From Chiloscyllium plagiosum (taxonomy: Eukaryota), in contig NC_057749.1 of the NCBI RefSeq assembly GCF_004010195.1, positions 10,018,728-10,082,727 of the forward strand: DNA of 64,000 nt, written 5' to 3'. Below, piece by piece: positions 1-13,088 of this stretch. A program made the translations under genes and the position numbers. Position 1 is the stretch's first letter. The number at the start of each line of letters is the position of its first letter. The notes below the pieces were generated by a model that was not told the origin of the DNA, searched no databases, and worked only from the letters and a program-made list of their open reading frames with translations.

Positions 1-694
1 AGGGAGAGAAGGAGCTGGGAAGTATGAGAGGAGGCTTGTGAGCAGCATAACCACTGAATTGTAGAATTTGGGATTGTTGGTCTTTTTCACTGCTGCAGCT
101 TCCGTATGATTCTGTGAAGAATGACACTTAGGAATCAGGAAACAAAGTTATTTCTCAATCCAAGAAGGATATTTCTCTAGAAATGTGGAGGCCAATGAGG
201 GTGGTGGGTGGGGGGAGCGACCTGTTAAAACTCGTGAATATAATCCAGTACGTGTAGGCAAAGGAACAGCCTTTTACAGTATCAATGCCACTGTAACTTC
301 AGATTGTGACAATGCTAGAGAGACACACCATTTAGCTTCACTTTCAAAATTGGAAGAAACAAAACTAATTTGTTGGTCGGGTCTGTACCTGGAGAGATAA
401 GCTCTTGTCTATGTTAATACCCACATGTGTGACTGGCTTGCTGCTCTAGCTCTCACTTTCATAATTTCTACATGACCCCAATTTTCATCGATTCCTTTAT
501 GAAGTTGGTTACATCTCACTCTCAACGCTTCTCCTCAACAGGTATCAAAAACTGAGGAAAAGTGGTAAAATAGCAAGGTCTCATATGGGTATATTTCCAC
601 TACTATTGTCTCTTTTTCAGCCTTGGAGTCTAATTCTATTTGCCTTTTGCAATAGCTGGAATTAGTCTAGATTTGAACATAAGCATAACCAATA

Positions 695-1085
695 AAACAC
701 AAACAAAAACAGACATTGCTGGAAAAGTTCAGCGCGTCTGGCAGCATCTGTGGAAAGAAATCATAGAGTTACAAAGTCATAGAGATGTACAGCATGGAAA
801 CAAACCCTTTGGTCCAACTCATCCATGCTGACCAGGTATCCTAAATTCATCTAGTCCCATTTGCTAGCATTTGGTCCATATCCCTTTAAACCCTTCTTAT
901 TCATATACCCAACCAGATCCTTTTAAATGTTGTAATTGCACCAGCCTCTACCACTTCTGAGGAAGGGTTATTCAACGTGAAACATTAACTCTGATTTCTC
1001 TCCACAGGTGCTGTCAGACCTGCTGAGCTTTCCCAGCAACTTCTGTTTTCATTTCTGATTTACAACATCAGCAGTTCTTTCAATT
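695..1085. mobile_element. Family 3 PLE-like inverted insert with a CR1 3' fragment (~770-957) between the arms
   Basis: aaaacagacattgctggaaaagttcagc ... gctgagctttcccagcaacttctgtttt inverted; degenerate core ctgaggaagggt...gaaacattaac. Confidence 0.6.
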
Positions 1086-1491
1086 TTCAATGAGACACAA
1101 ATTCCACACTAAACTGCAAACCCATAATGTTCATCTACCCTTCTTTAAAGTTTATAGACAATTGTGGAATGTGCAAGAACATAAGGGCAATGAGGATTAG
1201 ACCATTCAGCCCATCAAGTCTGCTTTGCTATTCAATATCAGCATGGCTGATATCCCCCTCCTGGAATACTACCTAATTCAAATCTGTCTCTTCTGTTGGA
1301 TTTACTGCTTTCATAAGAACTTTCCAGTTTACAGCCTGTGCAGGTTTTATCAGTACTGCAGAAATCTGAAACCCTCCCGTCCCATGCTTCCAGCCATTAT
1401 GCTGACAATCCCAATCCTGCTCCCCACATTACAGTCCAATGGTTGGCATCATCCAGGATGAATTGTTTTTAATATTCAATCACATGTATGG

Positions 1492-1792
1492 GGGGCACAG
1501 TGGCACAGTGGTTAGCACTGTTGCCTCACAGCGCCGGAGACCTGGGTTCAATTCCCGCCTCAGGCGACTGACTGTGTGGAGTTTGCACGTTTTCCCTGTG
1601 TCTGTGTGGGTTTCCTCTGGGTGCTCTGGTTTCCTCCCACAGTCCAAAGATGTGCAGGTCAGGTGAATTGACCATGCTAAATTGCCCATAGTGTTAGGTA
1701 AGGGGTAAATGTAGAGGTATGGGTGGGTTGTGCTTCGGCGGGTCGGTGTGGACTTGTTGGGCCTGTTTCCACACTGTAATGTAATCTAATCT
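1492..1792 (+). mobile_element. HE1-type tRNA-derived V-SINE
   Basis: tRNA-like A/B boxes (tggcacagtggttag, ggttcaattcc), V-domain gtggagtttgcac...gggtttcctc, (ctaat)n tail. Confidence 0.9.
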
Positions 1793-3319
1793 AGGTGTGG
1801 CTGAAAAGGACAACATATTTTGCTCATCCCAATTGTCCTCGATAAGGTGGCATTGAGCTGATGTCTTGAACTGCTTGCATTTCATCTGGTATGGGTACAC
1901 TCTCAGTATCGCAGAGGTGCATACTCCTTACTCTGGTACTTCTCAATCTCTTAAGAGCCTCAATCCTACTCATACCCTGGTCTATCTACTCTGGGTGTGC
2001 ACCATCCCATTTCAGAAGCTTTTGTATTCACTCTGTGATATCCTGAACCTTAGCACTCACAAAAAGAAACATTCCATTTGATCCAAACTCGTAGCAATTT
2101 TAATTTTATCTGGAGCTGTCCCACAAAGCAAGGAAGTCACTTTTCATAGCATGCAGCCTACAGTCAGTATTGCAGTGTGGAGAGGCTGTTGCTCCACACA
2201 GAATGAGAGAGACCAGGAGTCTCTCTCATTCTGAACATTGGTGCATTGGAAAGATTTGACTGCATTCTAAATGCAAATTCCAGGAGAGGGTTTCAAAAGG
2301 AGAGAACCCACAGCCTTCCCAGTGCAATACTTGTTAAGACTTTCAGAGTTGAAAAGGAAAACGAGAACAAAAAATACTCAACGATCACTTGGGCTGAGCT
2401 GTGAGAGAAAGAGCTAAAACATTTCAGCTCAACAACACTTCACATGTTCTGATGAATGGTAAATGACCTGAAACTTGAACTTCTGTTTGTTCCTCTCCAG
2501 ATGCTGCCTGATGTGCTGTGTACAATGATTTATTTCAGATTTCCAGCATCTGCAATACTTTGCTTTTGTCCTTGAATTGAAAGGATCAAGCGCAGTAGAC
2601 CATTTGGTTATTTGTTCAGTCTTTTGCGACTTTAGATGGTTTTGTACAATGATCAATGAATGATTTTCTTAAGTTGCAAAAAAAATGGCACGCAGGCATT
2701 GCTGGCAAAGTTAGCCATGTCCATTCCTAATTGCCCTTCTGAAAGTTGTTGTGAACCACTTTCTTGACACCCGAGTGGTTTGCTTTGCCATTTCAGTTAA
2801 GAGTCAACCAGAGTGCTGTAAGTCTGGGGCAGATGATGTAAGAACAGTAAATTTTCTTCCTTAAGATAAGGCCATTTGAGTCAACTGGAGTTTCTGATGG
2901 TTTCTTGTAATACTTTTCAATTTCCAATTTGACTTCTAACTGAGTTTAAGTTCTTGGAGGCCATGCACTGGTGCCTCTCAATGAAAATGTTACTACAGTT
3001 CTCAGGGCTTAAAGGGTTCAAGCATATGGGACAAAAGCAGGAACAAAATAATAACCTGGATGACCATATTGAAGCTTGGGCTGAATGGTCGTTTGATCCA
3101 AATTCATAGCAATTTTTATTTTATCAGTAGCAGTCCCGCAAATCAAGGGGAAGTCACTTTTCACAGACTGTAGTCTGTGGTCAGTATTGCAGCATGGAAA
3201 AGCTGTCACTCTGAAGTTACTACATGGTTCTAATCGACCAGGAGTCTCTCCTACTTTTGATACTCTCCGCCTCTTTCTAATCTCTATCAAACTCCCCCTG
3301 CTCCTCCAAGTGAAGCAGC

Positions 3320-3597
3320 AAGGTGGCTCCGTGGTTAGCACTGTTGTCTCACATCACCAGGGACCCAGGTTCGATTCCAGCCTCGGGGCAGACTATCTGT
3401 GTGGGATTTGCACATTCTCCCCGTGTCTGCGTAGGTTTCCTCCCACAGCCCAAAGATGGGCAGGGTTGGTGAATTGGCCATGCTAAATTGCCCATAATGT
3501 TAAGTGCTATTAGACAGAAGGTGGGCTCCTCTCCGGAGGGTCGGTGTGGATTGGTTGGGCTGTTTCCACACTGTCGGGAATCTAATCTAATCTAATC
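3320..3597 (+). mobile_element. HE1-type V-SINE
   Basis: Same head, V-domain and ctaat tail. Confidence 0.88.
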
Positions 3598-3935
3598 ATT
3601 TCACATTCACTGCTGCAGTTTCGACAGCCCTAAGCAATAGACACCCTCAACTAATAACGCGTCCTAGTTACTAATCGGGGCTGTGCTAATCTGCATTAAT
3701 TTATAATACGATATAAAGCTGAAATAGAGTGGGAAATGTTGGAACCAGCCATCAGCTCAGGTTCTTGTGGGGATGCACCTGCCTCTGAGCTAGGATCCCC
3801 TCGGGGGTTCAAGTCCCACCCCCTCTAGAGTTATGCCATAACATGTAAAAACCGACAGAACTGCGGACGCTGCAAATCAGAAACAAAACTATCATGTCCA
3901 TTCTGGTCAACAAAAGCTGCCTAGCCTGATCTCAC

Positions 3936-4043
3936 CCTCCTACACTCGGTCTCGCAGGTCACGTTTCTTCAGCTATTTGATGTTTTGTTAAAAAGGTGTT
4001 TTTCTTCCAGACACTGAATTCGAGATCCTCAATACACTTCTGG
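3936..4043 (-). other. Candidate non-coding/5' UTR exon of a leftward transcript
   Basis: Acceptor ccttttttttag|, donor AGG|gtgaga; stops in all frames and no ATG; upstream donor CAG|gtgagg at 4610 in a CpG-containing unique region. Confidence 0.3.
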
Positions 4044-4288
4044 CTAAAAAAAAGGTCAAAATCCTGTTTTCTTTCCCCTCCAATCCAGCTACTAACCTGC
4101 TTTGAAATTGACAGGTGCACTTTAGGTTTGGTACAATCAGTTGCAAGATCTATAGCTCTTGGATAAAAGTAACTTTTAGGTTTGTGAAATAGAATTCAGC
4201 AGGAAACACTGCCAATGAGAAAAAACAATGCACTGTTTTTATTGAAAACAACTAACGCTGGAGATCACAGGATTCAGAGACAGACAGC

Positions 4289-4329
4289 GAGCTAACGTTT
4301 CGAATCTAAATGACTCTTCATCAGAGCTC
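4289..4329 (-). ncRNA. Intact minimal type-I hammerhead ribozyme motif (PLE-type)
   Basis: Minus strand GAGCU-CUGAUGA-A-GAGUC-AUUUA-GAUUC-GAAACGUU-AGCUC: 5-bp stem I, 5-bp stem II, palindromic ACGU stem III, predicted GUU cleavage triplet; activity untested. Confidence 0.7.
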
Positions 4330-5099
4330 TGTTGTTTTTTAAAAAAAACTGGGTCAAATGCAAGCGTAATCTTTAGATTGTTATTCAAGTATATTGTTTA
4401 ACTTCCCCATTCTAATACCTGCAAACCATTTGTTCTGCTGATGTTTACAAAACCTTACTTTTTTTATAAAACAAAAACTTAGCAGCGACTGGGCGGAATA
4501 GTTTCTCACACTGGAGACAGTTTTAGATTTGTTGCTGCCAAGTCTGAAAATTACAGTCAGTCACCGCGTATAACACATTGAAAATTAAAATTAAATAGGA
4601 GCACCTCACCTGGACAAAGTAGATGAAAGTACAAAAGTTCCAACAACTCGACTTTTCGCTGGGAGCTGTCAGCAACTCACTGCAAAGAATCGACTTTGCG
4701 ATTGACTCGACTGGTTTTACATTTACCCTCTCAGTGCCTCGCCCAGTTGTGACAATTATGCAAATACTGTTTTCCTGGAATAATGTGAACAATGACATGA
4801 ATGCGGATGGTGCCAAAGAAAGCACAGTTTTCACAGATCATAACGCAGTCTTGCAGTGAATGGGTATATGGTTTAGTCTTTTCATCTTGACGGAAATGTG
4901 ATAATGGGTCCAATTATAGCCTTCGTGCTATTGAGACAGGCAAATGATAGGGGGAGAAGGTGCATTGTTGGAGGAAGTCATTGTGGTCTTTGAAGATTAA
5001 AGTCTAAACCTCACTGGAAGCGTGTATTATCCTCAAGAGTTTAGACGGTAAGATGGTTACGTGAATCAACAATAAGCATCGATCCAAAACGCCGATTAT

Positions 5100-5650
5100 A
5101 TAATATAGAACAGGATAGCACAGTACAGGCCCTTCGGCCCTCAATGTTGTGCCGACCTTTTACCCTACTCTAAGATCAGACTAACCTACATACCCTTCAT
5201 TGTACTATCTTCCATGTGCCTATCCAGGAGTCCCTTAAGTGCCCGTAATCTATTCCATTCTCTGAGTCAAGAGCCTACCTCTGACGTCTCCCCGAAACCT
5301 TTCTCCAATTACCCTAAAATTATGCTCCCTCATGATAGACATTTCCGTCCTGGGAAAAAAAATCTGGCTATCCACTCTATCTGTACCTCTCAACATCTTG
5401 TAGACCTCTATCAAGTCACCTCTCATCCTTCTTCGCTCCAATGAGAAAAGCCCTAGCTCCCTCAACCTTTCATCATAAGACATGCCCTCCAGTCCAGGCA
5501 GCATCCTGGTAAATCTCCTCTGCACCCTCTCTAAAGCTTCCACATCCTTCCTATAACGAAGTAACCAGAATTGAACGCAATATTCCAAGTGTGGCCTAAT
5601 CAGTGCTCTGTAGGGCTGCAGCATAACCTCATGGCTCATAAACTCAAATA
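5100..5650 (-). mobile_element. CR1/HER1 LINE 3' fragment
   Basis: YRALIRPHLEYCVQFW...LERVQRRFTRMLPG...LERRRMRGDLIEVYK. Confidence 0.9.
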
Positions 5651-6904
5651 TTATTAACTCAGTTATTATTGTATAATAAAATAAAAGACTACACATGCTG
5701 GAAATCTAAAATAGAAACAGAAAGTGCTGGAGAAACTCTGCAGGACTGAAGATCTGATGAAGGGTTACTAGGCACTCATCTTTTTTTTTTAACTCATTCA
5801 CAGGCTATGGACATCACTGGCTAGACCAGCAGTTATTGCCCATCCCTAATTGCCCAGAGGGTAGTTAAGTGTAAACCACATTGCTGTGGGTCTGGAGTCA
5901 CATATAGGCCAGACCAGTTAAGATTGTCATGGAGGTGCTGGTGTTGGTTTGGAATGGACAAAGCCAGAAGTCACATGACTCCAGGTTATAATCCAACAGG
6001 TTTATTTGAAACCACAAACTTTCATAGCACCGTTCCTTCGTCAGGTGTGAAGGTAAGGTTGGCAGATTTCCTTCCCAACGAGACATTAGTGAAGCAGATG
6101 TGTCTGTGGCGAGAGAAACAGAGTTCACACTTTGAGTCCAGTGCCCCTTCATCAGAACTTAAACTCCTGCTGAGTTTCTACAACATCTTCTACTTTAGTG
6201 ACTGATTAATATTTTACAATCAAATAATTTTACATTTATATAACAAAGGAGTTTGACACAGATTGGGCTAGGTGCCAAGGCTTCAGGGAGGGTGCAGTCG
6301 AGGTTTGACAGAATCGATGCTAGAACGAGGGATTAGATGGAGCTGGGGCAGGTTCCTGAGGAAACTTTGAGGAGATTCGAGACAGATGTTCAAAATCATG
6401 AGGGCGGGCCCAATGAGAGGCTTCCCATTATAGGAATATAAAGGTAGGTCATTCAGGCTGCTCGTTCCACCATTAACAGATGGGTTGTGAACAAGAGGAT
6501 TCAAACTTAAGGTGATTGGCAAAAGAATGTGAGGGAAATCTGTTGTGTTTTAGTGCAGTGAATGGTTATGGTATATTACATTCTGGAATATGATCCCTGA
6601 AAATGTGGTGCAAAAGCAATTGTGACTTACAAAAAGGAATTGGGAAATGCACAGTTGTAAGGAAACAGTTGTATAGACAAGTATAATGGTTCTTGCAGAG
6701 AACGAGTATGGATGTGAATAGTTAAAATGCCCCTTCCAAGTTCTAACTAATCTGTGATTTTATAAGTCAGTCAGCAATTTGGCATTGGTCTTGGTCAGTT
6801 AGCTCAGCTGGCTGGATGACAGGTTTACAATACAGAATGGTGCCCACAGCATGGGCTCACTTCCTGTCACTGGCTGAGGTTACCATGAAGGCTCAACCTG
6901 AGAG

Positions 6905-7665
6905 CTGTAGAGTCACAGAAATCGACAGCACAGAAACAGACCTGTCAATCCAACTTGTTGGTGCTGACCAGATATTCAACATTAATCTAGTCCCATTTGC
7001 CAGCACTTGGCCCATTTCCCTTCCTATTCATGTGCCCATCCAGATGCTTTTAAATGTTGTAACTGTACCAGTCTCCACCACTTCCTCTGGCAGCTCGTTC
7101 TACACATGCACCACCCTCTGTGTGAAGAAGTTGCCCCTCAGGTCCCTTTTAATACTTTCCCCTCTCACCTTAAACCCATGCCCTCTAGTTTTGGACTCCC
7201 CTACCCTAGGGAAAAGACCTTGACTATTCATCCTATCCATGCCCCTCATCATTTTATAAACCTCTATAAGGTCACCCCTCAGCCTCCGTAACTCCAGGGA
7301 AAGGAGCCCCAGTCTATTCAGCCTCTCCCTGTGACTCAAATCCTCTGACCCTGGCAACATGTTTGCAAATCTTTTCTGAATCATTTCAAGTTTCACAACA
7401 TCCTTCCTATAGCAGGGAGACCAGAACTGAACACAGTATTCCAAAAGTGGCCTAACCAACATCCTGTACAGCCACAAAATAATTTTCCAACTCTTGTACT
7501 CAATGCAATGACAAATAAAGGCAAGCATACAAATGCCTTCTTCACTACCCTGTCTACCTACGACTTCACTTTCAAGGAACTATGAACCTGCACTCCAAGG
7601 TCTCTTTGTTCAGCAACACTCCCCAGGACCTTACCATTAAGTGTATAGGTCCTGCCTTCATTTGC
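6905..7665 (-). mobile_element. CR1/HER1 LINE 3' fragment splitting an older tRNA-headed SINE (~6790-6900 / 7670-7760)
   Basis: LVRPLLEYCVQFWSP...RGDLIEVYK...NFFTQRVV. Confidence 0.9.
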
Positions 7666-9759
7666 CCTTTGCCCCTTGCTTGAGGTCTGCTGGCTTTCAG
7701 GCTAAATGCAACACCAGTCATCTCTCTCTAATGAGAGAGTAGGCCTGTGGCATTTGTACTTACTATTCTCTTCTATTGCTGTCACAGATTCTTTAGCCCC
7801 ATCCTTCCTCCATTTGAACAGCCCTTTCCTATGTCCCGTCACCTTTTTAATTCTCTCCCTATCATGCTTTGTCCATCTCCTTTTCCTACTGTTGCTGTGT
7901 AAGCATTTCCTTGAACTCCATAATGCATCCGAGATCATTAACCACGTTGAATGGGCTTTGTAAATGCAAGCTGCTATTGTAATGTGTTGTGTTCAAATCA
8001 CGCTTTAACCTCCTCCTAGACCGGGTACCGGTAAAGAGTTTTACTGTAAATCTAATCCTGCCTACAGTCACTATGACTGCCCTTGCAGTCTGGCACTTTC
8101 CGGGTATGTAATTGAATCTACCAGAAACATGACTCAAAAGAAAAGGAAGGTTTCCATAGTCCCAGAAGCTGCACCAAAACATTAAAAGGCCAGTGGAATG
8201 GCTGCCCTTTTCAGACTTTAAACTAACATGCCATCTCGCCTCTCCGATTAATGTAATATTGAAGAGGAACAGGGGTGTTCTGTCAGGGGTCCTGTTCAAT
8301 GTTTATCATGCAATTAATGTCACAAAAGCATGTAGAATAAAAGAAAGAGCTGTGTGAATGCTGGACATCTCAAACAGAAACAGAAAATGCTGGAGAAACT
8401 CAGCAGGTCTGGAAGCATTTGAGGAAAGGGAAATAGAGTTCACATTCCATGCTCAGTGACGAGTTCTGATGAGGGGGTCACTGGATCAAACAAAAATACT
8501 TGACCCAGTCATTATCAGACTGTTGTTTGGGGAAGGTTGCTGTATTCAAGATGGTGGCTAGATTTTCGACAGTACAATTGTGTCTATGACTCAAGAAATG
8601 TACTTCACGGCTGGAAAGTGCATCCTGAGATAATGGAAGGTGCTACATAAATGCAACTCATTCCTATCTCCTTTTACTTCAGTTGCTGTGATTGGATATA
8701 GCATACATTACAGATAACAGCACTGACATTCTGAGTCACTGTGAAAGATCCCATTATCTGAGGAAGGACATGGAGTTCTCCTTACCTCCACTTAAACATT
8801 CAGCCCTATGTGAAAGACTTATCAATTACTGCATGTCAACACAAAACAGATACAATGTCACACCTTATCATAAATATAAAGCACAGGCCAAAAATGCTGT
8901 TCCCATTAGTCAAGGGTAGAAGAAACAAGGAAGACAGATTTCCAGAGGATTGAGACAGCTAAATGAATGGGCTAGAACAAGGCAGGTAGGATATAATGTA
9001 AGTGTGAAATTATTCATTTTGATAGGAAAAGAAAGCAAAAAGGCAGTATTGTTGTTAAATGGGGAGAGGGTGAGAAGTGCAAATGTCCCAAGGGATGTGG
9101 GGATCCTTGTTTACCCATCACTACCTGTCAGCATGCAGCTCCAGTGAGTAAATGGTATGTTGGCCTTCATTGCAGGAGTTGAGCTGTCTTAATCAACGGT
9201 GGCTCAGTGGTTAGCGCTGCTGCCTCACAGTACCAGGGATTTGATTCCAACCTTGTGTCTGCGCGGGTTTCCTCCGGGTGGTTCAGTTTTTCCCATAGTC
9301 CAAAGATGTGCAGGTTAGGGGAATTGGGCATAGTTAATGCAGTGTTGTGGGGATCAAGTGGAATGCCCTTGGGAGAGTTGGTGCAGACTCAGTGGTCTGA
9401 ATAGCCTCTATCTGCACTATAGGAATTTTATGTCTTGCTTCAGTTGTATTGAACCTTGGTAAGACCATTCCCAGAGTATTGCATGCAGTTTTAGTCTCTT
9501 TGTCAAAAGAGGGACACATTGCGTTGAGTGTGTGCAGTGGAGGTTTACCAGATTAAACCCTGGAATGATGACATTGTATCATAGGGAGAGATTGACAAGA
9601 TCTGTAATTTATAGAGTTTCAGTGACCTGATTGGAACGTACAACATTTTTATAGGCAAGACAGATTGGATGTAACTGAGATAGACCCTGGCTGGTGAATC
9701 TAAACTCCCAAGGGATATAATACCTTTTGTGGAAAGTATTGGACTCAAGTGCATTTTTA

Positions 9760-11060
9760 AATTTATTCATGGATATTGCTGGCTGAGCCAGCATATATTA
9801 CCCGTCCCTAGTTGCCCCTTGAGAAGGTGGTGGTGAGCTGCCTTCTTTAATCGCTGCAATCCATATTATGTGGGTTGACCCACATTACCCTTAGAAATTC
9901 CAGGATTTTGACCAGCAACAGTGAAAGAACATATTTCCAAGTCAGAATGGTGAGTGACTTGGAGGGAACTTGCAGGTGTTAGTATTCCCATGTATCTGCT
10001 GCCCTTGTCCTTCTAGTTGGAAGTGGTTGTGAATTTGGAAGGTGCTATGTAAGGATCTTTAGTGAATGTTTACAGTGCATTTTGTAGATATTACACATTG
10101 CTGCTACTGAGTGTTGAAAAGTATGGCATTGGAAAAGCACAATAGATCAGGCAGCATCCAAGGAGCAGGAGAATCGATGTTTCGGGCATAAACCCTTCAT
10201 CGGGAATGAGTGTCGGTGGTGGAGGGATGTTCATGGATGTAATGCCAATCAAGTGGGCTGCTTTTCCTGGATGATGCCAAGCTTCTCAAGAGTTGTTGGA
10301 ACTTCACCCATCCAGGCAAGCAGTGAGTAATCTATCACATTCTTGACTTGTGCCTTTTAGATGGTGAAAATACTTTGAAGAGTCAGGAGATGAGTTATTC
10401 TTCACAGTATTTCAAGGCTCTGCCCTGTTCTTGTAGCCCTTGTATTTATGTGGTGAGTCCAGTTGAGTTTCTGATCAATGGTAACCTCAAAGATATTGAA
10501 AGTGGGGAATTCAGTGATGGTAACACTATTGAATGTCAAGGGGCAGTGTTTATCCGAGATGGTTATTTTCTGTCATTTTGTATGGCATGGATATTACTTG
10601 CCACTTATCAACTCAAGCCTGGATATTGTCCAGATCTTGTTGCATTTGAACATGGACTGCTTCAGAATCTGAGGAGACATGAATGGTCCTGAACATTGTG
10701 CAATCATCGACGTATATCCCCACTTCTGACTTTATGATGGAGGGAAGGGCATTGATGAAGCAATATTGGGCCGAGGACACTACCCTGAGGAACTCCTGCA
10801 GAGATATCTTAGAGCTGAGATGACTGACCTCTAATAACCACAGGCATCTTCCTAAATGCAAAATAACTCTAACCAGTGGAGGGTTTGCCCCGTGATACCC
10901 ATTGATTCTGTTATGGCACCTTGATGCTACACTCAGTTGATTACAGCATTGGTGCGAAGGGTTGTCACTCTCTCTGCACCTCTGGTATTCAGCGCTTTTG
11001 TCCATGTTGGAACCAAGGCTATAATGAGGTCAGGAGGTGAGTGGCTTCTGGTGGAACCTG
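9760..11060 (-). mobile_element. Old non-LTR LINE 3' fragment (CR1/L2 supergroup, distinct from HER1); related pieces at ~15460-16000, 16480-17680, 32880-33200, 39680-40040
   Basis: CFINALPSIIKSEVGIYVDDCTMF...QMQQDLDNIQA; related copies read LLTPQSLSTTYKA..SVMEYSPLVWM; exact clade uncertain. Confidence 0.7.
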
Positions 11061-11950
11061 AAATAACTCCACAAAGGTCGGTATCCTGTCACCAAGTCAC
11101 CCTTCATTTCCACGTGGAGATCCCTTCACACTGGTTCAGCTCCCTCAGAGTTAGCTCTCAGAGTGAACAGGATGTCTGATACTCCTGTTTATATCAGTCA
11201 GCCAGAGCCTCCTCATTTTGACCAGGTTAACAGCCCCAATCAGGGAGCTCATACTCTCTGAGGTCCACCTGGCTGACCTTGTTTCAATCACTACAGAACT
11301 CAAACTGAGTGTCACTGAGCAGGTTACTGCTGAGGAATCCACAGACCTATGGGATTGAGGGGTGCTAGACGGGAGGAGTGGACCTGACTAGATTGCTCTC
11401 CAGAGAGCTGGTACTGTCAATGACACTTTCCATCACTTAACAAATGAATGATCTCAGAATAAGGGTTCACACATTGAAGATAGAAATAAGGAGGAATTTC
11501 TTCTGTCAGTGGGTGGTGAATTCTTTGCCACAGAGAGCTGTTGAGGATAGGTCACTAAGTATATTCAAGGCTGAGACAAATTTTTAATCAGTAAACGCAT
11601 CATGGGTTAGGGAGAAAAGTCAGGAAAGTGGGGTTGGGTGCTTATAAGATCAGCCATGATCTCACTGAATGGCAGAGCACGCTCAATGGGTTGAATGGCC
11701 TACTTCTGTTCCTATCTCCTATGGTTTTATAATCTCTGAATAAGGGGTAGACCATTTAAATCCGAGGTAAGGAATTAGTGCAGAATGAATCCTTGAAATC
11801 TGTCCTCCAAAGGATCGCTGATCATGGTCAAAACAGAAATTGATAGATTTCTGGAGATTAATTGAATCAAGGGATGTGGTGGTAATGCGTGAGATAGATG
11901 ACCAACAATAATTGAATTAAATGGCAAAGCAGGCTCAATGAGCTGAATAG

Positions 11951-12101
11951 AGCTGAAAAATGTGTTGCTGGAAACATTTCTTCAGGGCTTCTTCTGCCTG
12001 AAACATCGATTCTCCTGCTCCTTGGATGCTGCCTGACCTGCTGCGCTTTTCCAGCAACACATTTTTCAGCTCTGATCTCCAGCATCTGCAGTCCTCACTT
12101 C
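11951..12101 (+). mobile_element. Penelope-like short insert with inverted end, family 1
   Basis: agctgaaaaatgtgttgctggaaa ... tttccagcaacacatttttcagct inverted; TSD CTCAATG(A/G)GCTGAATAG 11934-11950 / 12102-12118. Confidence 0.75.
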
Positions 12102-13088
12102 CTCAATGGGCTGAATAGCCTACTCTTGTTTCACTTTTTTAATCAAGATGTTTGACAAAAAATACAGGGGGATGTCAGGAAGTTCTGTCTTCTGACACAA
12201 GTGGCAATGATTTGAAATGTGCTGCCTGCAAAACTGGTATAAACAGGATCAATCAAAGATTCCCCTCAAAGAAAATTGGCATTGAGGGAAAGGAACTTCC
12301 AGACTTATGGACTAGAGGGGTGCTAGAGGGGAGGAATGAGACTGAATAGATTGCTCTCCAGAGAGCTAGCATGGGATTGATGGAACAAACAGTCTCCTCC
12401 TATGTCCTAATAACTTTATCATCCTAAAATATTGTGGGATGTTTGATTTTGTTTTGAATGCATGCACACCTCTGTATCTTAAATTCAACAAGTCCTGCCC
12501 TCCACGCCCACACACATTCCTTCAAATTCTTTTGAAACTTGGGCTTAAGATAAATTTTAATTGCGACATTCCAACTGCCCATTTCATTCCCACCCTCCAT
12601 CCTTCCACAACCTCCCCGAAACTGAACTGTGACAGAGGCAAGCATGAATTCAGACCAAACAAAATTAAAATGGGGTGAGCTAAGTGGTAAACATTTTGAG
12701 ACTTCTAGCCATGAATAGAATGACAACAGCTTTGTAAGGGAAACATGCCAGAGTCCAACATTTGTTCTCTAGATGTTCATCAGTAATAGGCATGTCTGGT
12801 TTGGAAAAGAAAGTTGTGAGAGGTGCCAGTGACTGCCAAGAAATAGATGGCTTAGAATGTGCTTGGTCAGTAATACCAAGTTTAAAACCCGCACTCAGTA
12901 CATAAATGTAAGTAAATGTGTAGATGTCATGTAACAGTCTGTAAATTGCCTGCAGTTGGTGGTATGAATCTCAATTGGTTGGTAGGCAATTTGCATAGTT
13001 CCACCATCAATGTTCAGAAAACAGGAACTCCCTCTCAAATTTCCCATTTTGAGGAATTGAGCTGTTAAGCTCAGCACAGAAGGATTGG

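Noticed and set aside
185..400. 71-aa ORF as a terminal coding exon
   Set aside because: No recognisable homology on either strand; kept only as a candidate minus-strand acceptor at 388
1492..1570. tRNA-like sequences at SINE heads
   Set aside because: They continue into the V-domain and SINE tail, so they are not tRNA genes
12773..12832. MFISNRHVWFG... as a possible TERB2 N-terminus (TERB2 neighbours SORD in human)
   Set aside because: Stop after 19 codons and no other TERB2- or TRIM69-like exons recognised in the window
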